A stretch of 64,000 bases of DNA. It comes from Amphiscolops sp. MND2022. Its lineage: Eukaryota. The stretch covers positions 64,728,001 through 64,792,000 of the forward strand of contig OZ076412.1 of NCBI GenBank assembly GCA_964187785.1. The letters are read 5' to 3'. Shown piece by piece: positions 45,495-58,216 of this stretch. The notes below the pieces were generated by a model. That model worked only from the letters and a program-made list of their open reading frames with translations. It ran no database searches and was not told the origin of the DNA. Both the position numbers and the translations under genes were made by a program. Every line of letters begins with the position of its first letter. Position 1 is the first letter of the stretch.

Positions 45495-48400
45495 GTGAGT
45501 ATGATAGCAGAGTATGATTGACCTGTTTTCGTATGGTAGGGAAACCCGGGTCTGCAACCTGATTAGCTGTCATGGGCGGACCGGAACGAAGTCCGTTCAA
45601 AGATGAAAGAAAAGAATTTTTCAATTTCCTTCAGTCAACTATGTTCACATACTCCTAGTGCCCTGAATGCAAGAGCGAAGCGGAGCGACGTGCCATGCAA
45701 CAAATATGCTACGTATTTTTCGGGTAAGTGATACTTTTTGTTTTTTTTTCGGGTAAATGACATCAAAAATCTCGAAGCAATCAAGTGGGAGCTAGTTTTT
45801 CCGACGGCATGACGAGCGTGCACAAAACAAGCATGCTAAATTTTTGTCGAGACACGGTCAATGTCACAACTGCTACCGCTTCGTCGTCTCAAAATTTCTA
45901 TCTGCACAATCAACCTATCGCGAATTCACTCTTTATTCACCTATTTGGGCTGGAAAAGGCACAAAACTTTATTGGTAACAAGACCAAATTAACGTCTAAA
46001 TATTAGGGAAATAACGTCTAAATCTTAATACATTATTGCTGGAAAACAATTTAAATTTAGACGTTGTAATACGGTGACATTGCCGAACCGAATTATTCGG
46101 AGTAGTGCCTACAAAACAAATTGACAGATCTGTACCTGCCATTAGATAAACATTTCATATACATATCTATTTACCACCAAGATGCAATTAATTTGAATTT
46201 ACTATAGATATATATATTTTTGTGTTGTAGTCTTGTTAAAGCTAGTTTGCTAAAAATTCTTCTAACGTAAATTCTTCTTTTTACCTAGATAGTTAGAAGT
46301 ACTACAGACGTTATTCCTGTTGTGCAATTAGACGTTATTCCTTTGACTTTATTTCGGCTCGCCCAACTCAAAACGCACCGTCGCCCTCTAGCGTAATATT
46401 GGAAATTTTTGTTTGATTAGAAATATTTAACAGTTTCTGCAACGCGAGAGCTTTTCACAAGCTTTCTCACGTGAAAAAGGGAAAGGCATTCAATTTTCCC
46501 AAGAAATCAACTGGTTTTTTTCTCAGATTCTACGCCTTGTTCAATTACATTTGTCGTGGGGCTGTTTTATTTCCCGGCGTCAAGACTTCAGATCAATCAG
46601 TGCGAAAGTGTTTCCGTTTTCTTCCGTTTCATTGCCGGCTTTTTTCCCTTTCATTTATAAATGCGACGTGCATCTGTCAGTTGAATAAAAATGTTTTCAT
46701 CGAGAGGAATCAACTTTTCAATCTGTCACCTTTTTGCTTCCTGACTTTTTCTAATTTGCAGGGTTTTTACCCAAAAAAATTTGAAATCAGGCTAAAGAGA
46801 TTCGATACACATCTTACAGAAAAACCTCTCGGGATGAAACAAAAATCGACCAACCACGTGCTTGAACGGCGTTCATCAAAAAATGCAGTTCTAAGCGTTG
46901 TGAGACATGGGACAAGTCACGCGCAAAGAATTGACGAAATCTCACCGGCTCACATGTCTAAACTTTTACATTTTTTTCCAATTATTCGGGTGAGAGTTCT
47001 ATTCTGGTGGAGTTTTCATGACTTTGACAAGCATGTCATGGTATATCCAATGTTTTCCATGTTTTTTCAATTATGAACCGCACCATGTCTTCGAACGCTG
47101 GTTAGTGCATTGGGTATGATTTACTGAATGGCTTCAGTATTGTATTTGGAGCTCGTATTTTATCATTGTTTTTTTTTCTCATGACTGCACTAGATATTTG
47201 TAACCGGGGAAACAGCAACTGTTTTGATATAAATTCTGCTACATTTTCAAGTCAAAATGTTCAAATTTCAGCCAATCATATTTTATTTTTGAGGGAAGCA
47301 ATCCCTTTAAATAAACTTTATTGTATTGACATCGGAGTGGCCTCAATTGAACAAACTGGGCTTTTTCCTGACTTTCCAAGCACAATTTTTGATTTTCGTC
47401 ACATGTAGCCACAATTTTGTTTCTGAAAGAATTCAACAAAAATTCAAGTATGAAAATTTGTTAGATGTTATTTTGTGCCAACATATGCTCAAGCTATAAA
47501 TTAGAGAAGTAATTTTCTCGAATGCCACAAATTGAAATCGAAAATTCTTTAACTGTTCAAGAGTGCTGGCGAACAAGTTCAACTAAAATAATTGCAAAAG
47601 TCAATTACTAAAGTGTAATTATTACCTCCAAGATGAAACCAGCTACAATTTTTCTCCAAAAATCTTGCTTTTTTTTTATTTTTGTATCTTAATTCCAGCG
47701 TTATCCCAATACAGGACATACAAGTAGGTTTTCGAAACTTTTTTCAGTATCGCTACAGTTTTTTTTCAATAGTAGCCTTATTAGATCGAATTAACGTCTT
47801 GGCGTTTGACGGCAATCTTGAATCTGAGAATGTATAAAAACATGATAACATGCTAGCTCTTGTACTGACAGGGCAAACCCGGAACAGACCAAATTAGCGC
47901 TTCGCTTAGGGCTTGAAAACCGAAACGTCTTTTAAACATGCTCCAGGGCTCTAGTGAAGAAATACGGCTCGGAAAAAATAAAGGGGATCTCTTTGGGCTC
48001 ATATAACTTTTGCATCATCTAAAATACTAAAAATCTGGAAAGACAAACCATTGTTGATAGAGAGACAGTTCGATGAAAGTGCGAGCAAAGTTGAAGAAAC
48101 AAAACGCGGACCTCTTCATGTCGTCTGATTTTTCTTTCAATCCAATGTAGACAAAGTTTCAAAATACACAAACAAGCCGGGAACGGCCCAAGTCGACGCA
48201 TAAGACTCAAAAACCACTTTTCCCCCAACTGGAACCAGAAAAAACCCATCTAGCTCAACCGCGAAAACATCTCAAAAAACGTGAAATGGGGGACCATTTG
48301 AGATTTCTTGACTTCCATTCTTTTGCAAAATATCAAAAACAGAAGAGGACTCTTTGAACATATAAAACAATTTCCGAAAAAACGAGAAATGAGAATTTTT

Positions 48401-48685
48401 AACAGTCTCATTATGCCGAAAAATTTGAAAAGGGGAAAAGGTTTGGAATTTTTTAACATCCATTCTGTGTTAAAGCTTACATACTTTTATATGAAACTTA
48501 TACTGAAAAGCTCGGGAATGCAGAAAATGAGTTGCTAACTTAAGTTTATTCAAGCTTCTCCCTGATAGCCGATGATTCATGGTTGTGCCGATTCTTCTAT
48601 TTGCAATTCCTTCTTTTTCATTTCCTAACTACTCAGTGCAAAGGAAAACTTTTTTCGTTGTGAAAATATTTGCAACATTATGGTG

Positions 48686-51600
48686 TGTGGAATGTGACAG
48701 TTGTCAAAATGACATGATTTTAAGTTCAACATTGGACCGTAAAGGTCAAACGTAAACAAGGCAGTAAAGTACCTGCTAACATTTTTGTTCAACTGTATAT
48801 GCTTATATCTTCTTGTACACTCATTCATATTATTTCCATGATGCACGATAGAATACAAAATTACAAGCAAACATTTCTTATCAGATTATCGGTAAAAGAC
48901 AACATGGGGCAAATATCATAAAAAAATGGAGAATAGGAAAACATCAGAAAGTACAAGCGCCTCAAATTGAGAAACATCGGAACGTGAGAATACAAAACAC
49001 GAAACAACACACCAGAAAAATATCCTTCCCACATTCGACAAAGAGGCATACAAGAACACAAACTATGGTGGCGCAGATTTACACAATTCATTGATATGAC
49101 ACAAAAAATCAAATTGAACGAAATGTCAATAGACCGAGAGATATTACAACAAAAATGAGAAGAATTTGAACATCGAAATAAAAATCTATTCGTATGGGCA
49201 CTGGGGGAATCAGCAATAACGGAGATGACCAGAACCTTTGAGACAACGAGCAAAATAGAATGAACATCAACCAACTCTACTCACTGTTCCGGCTGCATTT
49301 GATCCTGGAACGAAATAAGATCCACAATCGCGGCAGCTTTTTCGTACTAACGTGGGAGAAACATGAAACGAGGCGTATGGACGAGAATCCTACAAGTAGG
49401 AAAGAATTGTGAGCTTCAAAACGTGACCCCAGCAGAGCTGATAGCTTGCAAATTCTCGTCATTGATTGAAGATCGACAGGTGACTATAAATTGAAGTAGA
49501 ACCTCCGGAACAGCAACATGACTATCGAAACAGTTACCGATCTGATACTCGAGCACATATACGACCAATTGAATGATTCAAAAACCTCAAACGATGGCAA
49601 AGAGAAACAGCATGAACAAAAACGACAGTACAAACGAAAATTGTCAAAAAAATTTAGTTAGGAAAGAGCAAGAAAGTGAAGGGTCAGAAAACAAAACATA
49701 AAGTTAACCGATGTGGACTGTGCGGCGCTCCAAAGACAACACAATCGTCCAGCGAAATTCGCACAATGCAGACACCGCAATAGAAGAGAACACCACGAAA
49801 AAATGTGCGGACCAATGAAAAAAATAAAACACACTGATTGAAAGAATTTATCAGCAGAAGTAGACAACTGGGATTACAACAAAATTCAAAAGATAACCGG
49901 CAATAGACAGAAGGTACTCTACAAAACGACGAGGTGCCAATCAAATTAATTATAGACATTGGATCGCCAGTTACACCCAATTTGCTTGTTTAACGATATA
50001 ACAGAAATGAAACCATTTATAGAGATGTGAACAATTAAAATTTTGATTTCACAGGTCCGACAAAAGCAATCATCAAAACAAAAAAGAAATAATACAATTA
50101 CCACTTCTAATAACTAAAGCGGCAACATAATATGTTATTGGGACTAGACTAAAAAAACGACTGTGAATTAACATAAACACTGACAACAGTGGAATACAAA
50201 TACACAACATTCAAATGGACGGAACGGAAAAAAATAACCCAATTCAAGAACGAATTCCAAGTTTTCTTCTACAACAATACAGAGATCAGAGACTTATCTG
50301 TAAAAACAATTCTGAAAGAAATGGCACAAATAATACAACAAAAGGACGACCAACACGAATACATTTAAAAGAACAAGTAACAAAAGATTTGAAACGATTG
50401 ATAGAAAGCATATACCTGGAAAGGGCAACCGGTATAACGGAAGATTGATTTGTGAGCCCAGCAGTAATTACTGTAAGTAAAAATAAACCAATCAGAATCG
50501 CGCTAGAAACAAGAAAACTCAACGAAGTCACAATAAAGAGAAAAGCCAAATGCCAGACATGGAAGAACTAAATAAACATATTAAGCCCAAAGAAATGCTA
50601 ATTCTTAAAAAGAAAATGAATGTGTTCGAAATTAAATTGAGCAGCAAGGAATATGCCCATTAGAAGATAAACTGGAAGCGATAACAAAAATAAGTTTACC
50701 AAACAGTAAAAAAAAGAATTGAAGTCCTTTTCGGCGATCATTCAATATCTCTCAAAATACAAAGAAAGCGTATCAAATAACACTGATATTTTGAGAAAAA
50801 TATTGAAGAAACAAAGCGAGTGGAGTTGGACAGAAGAAGACACGAACAATTCAATAGGTTAAAGAATGCATTACCATCATCCCTTGCCAACCACATTACA
50901 AGGCAAAGAACAGGAATGTAATAACAACGGACGCCAGTACAAAAAGCTTGAGAGCAACACTGTGGCAACGACAGAAAGACGGTTTTGAAAACCGGTCGGA
51001 TTCGCAAGCATATGTTCATCAGACATTGAGAAGAAATCATTTTGGCGGCACTGACATTTTCTTTGAAGTGCACAACTTTTGTCAATTCTTGAAAACACAT
51101 TTTGGTAGGTGAGAAAACCAACTTTTGTCAATTCTTGAAAAAATCAAAACTTCCCGATTGGCGTCGTAATGATATGCATTGGATTGCAATAAATGAACTA
51201 GAATTGCTCGTAGTGGCATGGGGGTTGGAAGATTTCAATACATTTATACGGGAGACGGATTGAAATACTTACAGATTATTAAGCATTAGAGCCATTAATA
51301 AAAGAGAGTAGATCAAACAAAACGAACAGTGCAAAAAACACATGTTGGCTGGATAGATTAACACATTTTGACATCAAAGTAAAACATATAGCGGGTGGAC
51401 ATCTAGCTTTAACAGATTATTTGAGCAGAAACCTGGAGACAAAACCAGCACCAATAGAAACGAACCATGAAGATTACGTAATGAATTGCATAATACCACC
51501 AAATAGGTTCATCAATGATCACTGCAGCATCAACGAGGTAAAAGAAGACAAAGATACGAACGGAACATTCAAACGAATGCGAACAATCATTTCACCAGTC

Positions 51601-54600
51601 GCAAATCAGCTGCGAAATCAACCCGAAGCGAAAAGGAAAGATATTGAACGATCGCAGTTTGTTAATACTAACTAAAGATAGAGCTCAACACGTAATTAAT
51701 TACAAACAACCAGAAAACGAAGTGAAATATCAACAGAACAGAGCAATTGGAGCGAAAATATCTATCCGCAGAAACTTTATTTCTGACAAACAGATGGAAA
51801 GGACTGGTGATACCAGGCTACCGCATGATTAAAGAAATGAGGAGAAAATACAACCCCCCCCCCCCAACAGTTCAACGGACCAAAATAAAAAAGATTGAAA
51901 TGGAACTACACCGAAGCAAAAATAGACCTACTTTGAAACGAATGGAAGAACAGAACCAGGAAACACCAGAAGAAAGAAACTGAAGATAGGATCTATACAG
52001 GGTGATAAAGAAAGTATGAATGCCAGACAACGAGAACCAACAAGGAACAAGCAGACAAACAACATCAATTGAGCCCGAACCACAAAGTGAAGAATCAATA
52101 TCAACCTGTTCTCTAGACGTACCGACCATCAACTTTGAGAAGTATCAAGGGCAACCGGAGTAAGATACCGTCATATAGGAAAAACGAACCTTGTCCAAGA
52201 AAATAAAGAATGGAGCCTAGAGGTAACAGTAAGACAAGCGGAACATAAATTTTCAACGGACCTACGAACGACTGCAACAGAGACCACCAAAGATGACATG
52301 CTATTGAAAACTCTTATGTCTAGAACGCCAAACAACAAACCAAACCCCCGACTACTAAAAACCGGTTATCAAACATCTATCGACGATATTCGTAGTAGTG
52401 TTCTACGTCGACAAAATAATCGTCCCAAAGAATTTGAGAACCACTGACATTAAGCAAAAGTCATCCCAAAAACTATCAGAATGCACAAATAAACAGCCCT
52501 AACCGGACGGGAGTTCAGAGCAATTTGTAAAAATCTAAATATTAAATTGATGTGAGGAACACCACATTAACTTACACCAACCGGTCTAGTCGAAAGGAAA
52601 TGAAAACACTGAAGGCTCACACGAAAACAAATTTATGGTACGGATGGATGCACATCGAACGAAGCAGTAAGTCGTTCATTAATTGTGATGTGAACATCGG
52701 TCCATTCCAACATTATATAATCCCTTTCGAGAGACTCTATGGTAGAAAACAGAGAATGGAAACAAGTAACTACAGAAGTATTTCAACGAACGCAAAAACA
52801 AATATTGTTTCAGCAAAGCCAGAAATGCTGCAAGTTTATTCATTTGAAAGCAACGACGGATCTTAAGACCAATGTCTTATGAAAATGCCACGGAAATTTA
52901 CGGAAGACGTAAGTAATAACTTCCCTTACCTCTTCTCGGAGAAAAAAGAAAACAACAACAAATTTGAGAACGCATTCAACACAAAACCGCAAAAAGCAAT
53001 AGCGGGTAAAAACTTTCCATAACAACCGATACAAAGGAAATAATACACAGAAAACGAGCAAGTAAACCATTAACGAGTCTATTCCGGTCCCCATTATCCA
53101 GACAAGAAGAGAACCCGCGAGGACCAGACGGTGGCTTGACCCAGATGACATTCGAACAAGTGGAGAAGAAAGTAACCACCACAAAAAGAGTCAGCATCCC
53201 GATCCTCGAGAAAAGTGAATTGGAAGCAACCCTACAAATGAGTTCGAACAACATTAGCCCAGTGTATGGGAGGTGAAGAACGAAACTAACTCGAAACAGA
53301 GTAGAAAAATCCCCAGACCAAAACAACCTGAAAATGATAATAATGGACACGTCAGAAGACCAACAGAAAGCCAGACGAGACGCAGAAGATAATCCAGATA
53401 TGTGATCACGGTGGTAGACCGAAACGGTAATACTGATTCAAAAAAAATTGAACAAACAAAGGTTATGAATATGAACACAAATATTAACAAAAAGGGAAAA
53501 ACAACACGAAAATCCTCAAGTATAAAATCCAATAATCCCTCAGTACGATATGGCAATAACACATTAAACGATTAAACGTTACAGGAAATACGGTTAACAA
53601 GTGGAACGATTTGATTGGTCAGTCACGAGAGTAGATGCAGACGAACAGAGAATAGAATTGCTAGGACATGGTATTACCGTCCAAAGTGATACATCCAAAA
53701 CGATGAACATTCCAGTTTTCGGAGCGAGTATATCAACCGATAAACTCATTAGTTAATCAAGTAATATATTCATGCAGTTTATTCCTAATACATTTCTTCC
53801 TTTTTGAAGAAAAGGGAAAGTAGAATGTGACAGATGTCAAGATGTCACGTTATTAAGTTCAAGATTAGACAGTAAAGGTCAAACGTAAAAAAGGCAGTAA
53901 AGTACCTGTTAACATTTTACACCTTTTCAACGTCTATTGAGACACAAATGAGCTCGTTTGAAACAAAAGTATCTCCTTTCGAAACAGTAAATCCAAAGTA
54001 AGTTCTATTGAAACAAATTTTCCCAAAGTGAGTTCAATTGAAGCAAACGAATTTCTCTTGAAACATTCATACACAAATAGCCTCCAAATATAGAATGAAA
54101 GAGAAAACAGATAAATTTGATAAAGCGGATAACATATTTAACCATCAATAGGCTTCATTGCAAGGCAGTCTGGAATACATGTCATTGTATTCATATAACG
54201 GCCACGACACTTCTGGGGTGTTATCTGCCCATTTGTTCGGTCCGCGATAGACTTCAAGTGATCAAATCGATATTGCTGCAGCGTAACTTCCGGCGCTCTC
54301 AAGCGGTCAGCATTGATAAATGTGTCCATTTTTTTTGCATAATACTTTTCATGGCAGCTTTCCAACAAGAATACGTCGCTTATCTATTCTAGCATTAGCT
54401 TCACAGCAGGCCATTTGCAAGGTGTTTCAATAGGTTTTTCAATGTTTCAATTGAACATACGAACGCTTGTTCAAACGTGATCAATTTTTCATTTCCGGTA
54501 ATGTTTCAATAGAAGTCACTAATGTTTCAATAGGCTTTGAAAATGTGTAGTTAAATTGTAAATGCTTGTACATTCTTGTACACTCATTGATATTACTTAC

Positions 54601-54625
54601 CATGCTTCACGATAGAATACAATAT
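48686..54625 (+). mobile_element. Old, decayed Mag-like gypsy element 'C'
   Basis: Diverged ~175-bp LTRs at ~48686-48865 and ~53819-54625 (the latter with a MITE). A PPT GAAGAAAAGGGAA precedes the 3' LTR. Remnants: gag (LWWRRF..LFVWALGESAITEM), PR (IKLIIDIGSPVT), RT start (VSPAVIT..IALETRKLN), RNase H (ITTDAST..AINELELL) and an integrase tail. RT and IN cores are largely deleted. Confidence 0.85.
53920..54547. mobile_element. MITE-like DNA transposon with a TA duplication, inside the 3' LTR of element C
   Basis: Imperfect TIRs CAC(C/A)TTTTCAA.G.CTATTGA.ACA, with TA at 53918-53919 and 54548-54549. Multiple TATTGAAAC/GTTTCAATA subterminal motifs. The empty site is visible in the 5' LTR at ~48778-48800. 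Confidence 0.85.
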
Positions 54626-55746
54626 TGTGCTGTGCTGTGAAAACTGCCACCAAATAAGCGCAGTCTATGGAGAAGGAAGATGGGAGTGAGTGAAACAATC
54701 AACATATAAATGGTAAAATAACGGAGCTAACACTTTTTTAGTAATATTTAATAACATTGAGAACACGAACGGAGCTAAATTATACTAAATAAAATCTAGA
54801 AAAGAGCCAAAATAAACATTTAAATAATACATACAAGTATATAAATATATACGTACTTACAGTATACCAATCAATGTGGAACTATTGTGCAGTTAATATT
54901 AATAATAACTGTGCTATATTATCAATAACAACCAGACTACACTGCCCAGCAAGCGGCCTGAGAAAGCAATGGCGGGACTGCGGCCTGGCAGCCGGCCTCA
55001 AATGCTAGCAGCGAGGCGTCGGCCTGGCGTGCGGCCTCAGATTGGAATACGCTCCACACTACCAATCAGCGGTAAGGCATCCCCGGAAGGCATGAACAAA
55101 CTGAAGGTCTGAGTTCGACAAAGCTGAACTGAACTTCCGGTTTCCCTGCCTTGGAAGGACGCCGGGCTGAACAAAGCGTGAAAGGTGCGCCTATTTTCCC
55201 CCGCTTTTGAGGGCAAAATCATATATAGTGGGAAATTTTAAATCGATTTCAGTTGTTGATAAAATATTCTTCAGAAAACATTCGTCATTTCTTGCCCTGA
55301 TCTTCAATAAAATTTGAAATCTCCAATTTTTCCTCTACTCAGGGGAAATATTGAGACTAAAATTCTTCGCATATCGTAGTATTCTAACAAGATGCCTGAG
55401 AGATCTTCTAAAAGGAGAGCCAGGAGAGACTCCTTGACTAGTTCACTAGGCGAACCAGAGGCCTCAAGCCAGAGGACAGAGAATGTGCCAAGTATTTCCC
55501 ATAAAACCTTTACAGAATTGTCTGAGAAGATTGAAAAATCAGTTTGTCGAAGGATTAAAGATACTGAAACAGGTCAAAGAGATATACTCAAGATGTTCGG
55601 GAATTTGTCTTCTAAGATAGATTCCCTGGCCAGCAAAACTCCTTCGGTAGTGAATGTTGAAACGACTGAAACCGACCTGACTGATCCAGGATCATCTTTC
55701 CAACGAGTGGAATTGTACGAGTTGCCCCAACGCGAGAGTCAACATA
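54626..55746 (+). repeat. Probable 5' LTR of element B (~1.1 kb), containing the gag start
   Basis: Starts TGTG and ends immediately before the PBS. Contains a GCGGCCT motif cluster (~54950-55040), TATATA at 55222, AATAAA at 55306 and the gag ATG at 55392. The partner LTR is not visible. Confidence 0.6.
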
Positions 55747-56876
55747 TGGTGACAGGAGTAACCGTACCCCAAAAAATCTCCACAAATTCATCAAGCCTGC
55801 CACCGCCCAACCAGAGGTACTCCGACAACATTGTGACCAAACTCTTGGAATCACTCAAAAATGTTACCCACCAAAATTTGGGACTTCCCAGACTGCCAAA
55901 GACATTATCAACGACAATGCCAACGTTTGACGGACGTAACGACAAGTTTGAACATTTTGAAGATCTGTTCACCACAAGCCTCCAAGTCTACCCAAACATC
56001 TCAGAGGAGGAACAAATACACTACTTCCACTCAATTCTACGAGGCGATGCCCTACAAACATATAAAAACAGGACCGACACAAACCGTGCCAGCCTTGAGG
56101 ACATTATCTCAACATTCAGGAGAAGATACGTACCTCTAGAGTCAGCACCAACAGCACAATGCAAATGGGAGAAACTCCATTTTGACCCATCCAGACAGAC
56201 GTTCCAGGATTTCCTAGAACAATACCAAAAGTTGGCCCAAGAAGCCTACGGAGATGACGCCCCGAAATTTATCGAGACATCCTTCTCCGCGGAAATGCCA
56301 CCGCACCTGAAATGAGTCCTCAACCAAGCCAGTTGAGAAATTGAAACCTATGACACAATGGTCCAACATTTAGAAAAGGAGATGGAGCCAAATGGATTAG
56401 CAGACCCCATCGACAATAATGTAACGGGAATACATCAAATCGATGCCCAAGAACAACAATAAGCTCTCAACCCACCTAAACCAGCAGGCCCGTGTTTCGG
56501 ATGCGGCCACTCCGGACACGTGATCAAGAGCTGCCGAAAAACGGCCTGCGAAGCAAGGTACAGAGGCAACAGAATGCCGAACAAGATAGTTGACCTGTGC
56601 GAAACTTGCGGAAAGAAACGCCACACAACACAGGAATGCTACTCGGGCGCTAATTGGGCAAACAGGCCACGGTGGTGGAAAACCCCTAAAACCACCCCGC
56701 CAAACAACATTCCAATACCTCTGCAACCACAAGGTCAGTATCCAAACGATAAGACACAAATGACCCAAACACAGTACCAAAACCAAACAACCAGCCAAAT
56801 GGGCTACCAAACGCCAATCCAGATGACAGCCCAGCCCCAAACCCAAAATCAATACCGTACCCATTCAAAAAACTAG
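55392..56876 (+). pseudogene. gag: Element B gag (capsid-like region plus two CCHC knuckles), with premature stops
   Basis: ORF 55392-56315 (MPTFDGRNDKFEHFEDLF..HYFHSILRGDAL..EMPPHLK*) continues past stops into CFGCGHSGHVIKSC and CETCGKKRHTTQEC. Confidence 0.9.
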
Positions 56877-57814
56877 TTTTGCCACATCTTCAATTTGGGG
56901 AAAATGTCGAAACGCGACATTACACAACATCTGAACCACCAAGTTCATTCAATAGTGAAGAAAATGACGAGTGCCGTGAACAACCATCTCTCGACTGGCA
57001 GCGAAGATGGCAAATTCACAAGCTCAACCGACACCGACGACAGAATCTAGACAAGAAAGACTACCCACTTTGGTACTTAGAGAACGCCACTTACTACGAG
57101 ACCCCAAAAAAACCTTTACCAGGAAGTACTGCTCCCGAGATTTATATCCACGACCCTGACTTCAACTGCGACCCATACTACAATCGCCAAATCTAACAAA
57201 ACAGCACTAACATTCCAACGAAGAGAATGCACGCCATTTGAGGAGTACATAAAGAAAACGGGCATGAACATCTTCACAGAGCCCCGCCACCGCCCAAGAC
57301 ATATCCAACCCGTCCCAGAATTCGACCACGACGCTGAACGAGTAACTGAAATTATAGTGGACAATACAAACGACACGGTCAAACCCATATTGAAAAACAA
57401 TAGACGGCATACCATAACGACTCCTCAATCACCACCGAGAAATTCAACAACGAACCCCATAAGAGCTGGAACTCTACGATCCCCATCAATTGACATAGCA
57501 TCTGATTTCCATCTCACTGAAAATCCAACTGACAGGCCCACGACTGAAGCCGTGGACCCACCCAATACCACAATGAACACGGAGACAATTATCTCCAAAC
57601 CACAAACAAGGAGGATCAAGAGGTCTCTACTCCTAGAGCCCCTCTCCAACGATGAGACGTTGATCTCACCCTCCTTCCTCAATAGCCAGTCGGAAAAAAT
57701 GACGTTGAAGACAATCAACCCATCATGACTGACGAACCTAACATGCAGTCTGAATCCCAACCAGGTGTTGCAAACGGCACACCAAATCAGGACGAACCAA
57801 GATCCTACCCCTCA

Positions 57815-58034
57815 GAGCAGACTGCAGAATACCCGAGGTAAAACCACACAGCCAGAGAACGCCCATCCCCCTCTTCCCTAACGATAGGTAGTACGAAATC
57901 GACATCGAGGACCCTCGACCCACGGAGCAGACTGCAGAATACCTGTGGTAAAACCACACAGCTAGAGAACGCCCATCCCCCTCTTCCCTAACGATAGGCA
58001 GTACGAAAACGAAGTCGAGGACCCTCGACCCACA
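57815..58034 (+). repeat. 110-bp tandem duplication in the gag-PR spacer, within an older ~310-bp-spaced repeat
   Basis: Units at 57815-57924 and 57925-58034. In addition, 57740-57833 resembles 58050-58143. Confidence 0.9.
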
Positions 58035-58216
58035 GAGACCGCCACAACTAACATGCGAGCTGAATCCCCATCAGGTGATGTAATTGACACACCAACACAG
58101 GACGAACCCCAGTCCTACCCAATGGCTCAGATCGCAGAATACCTTCGAAAACACCCAATAACTCAAGTAACATGCGTCCCAATTTTTTCAGCAGTAGCAC
58201 TTAAACGCAAAAAAAG

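Larger units (their letters stand above)
42646..45550. mobile_element. Non-autonomous CACTA/EnSpm-like DNA transposon (2.9 kb)
   Basis: TIRs CCCGGGTTTCCC(G/T)ACCA at both ends. A 2-bp TSD TC lies at 42644-42645 and 45551-45552. Arrays of the subterminal motif ATGGTCCAGAGTAT occur at both ends (42740-42860 and 45210-45520). I recognised no transposase, and the superfamily is inferred from the CCC end, 2-bp TSD and subterminal repeats. Confidence 0.75.

Noticed and set aside
45940-46375. MITE suggested by inverted AATAACGTCTA motifs
   Set aside because: Subterminal-like motifs are present, but I could not define terminal repeats or a TSD.
46400-47500. 201-aa plus-strand ORF (46471-47076) or a decayed hAT transposase on the minus strand
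   Set aside because: The plus-strand ORF is F/K-rich low-information sequence starting at GTG. The minus-strand resemblance to C..H and TRWLS motifs needs many frameshifts and cannot be supported without a search.
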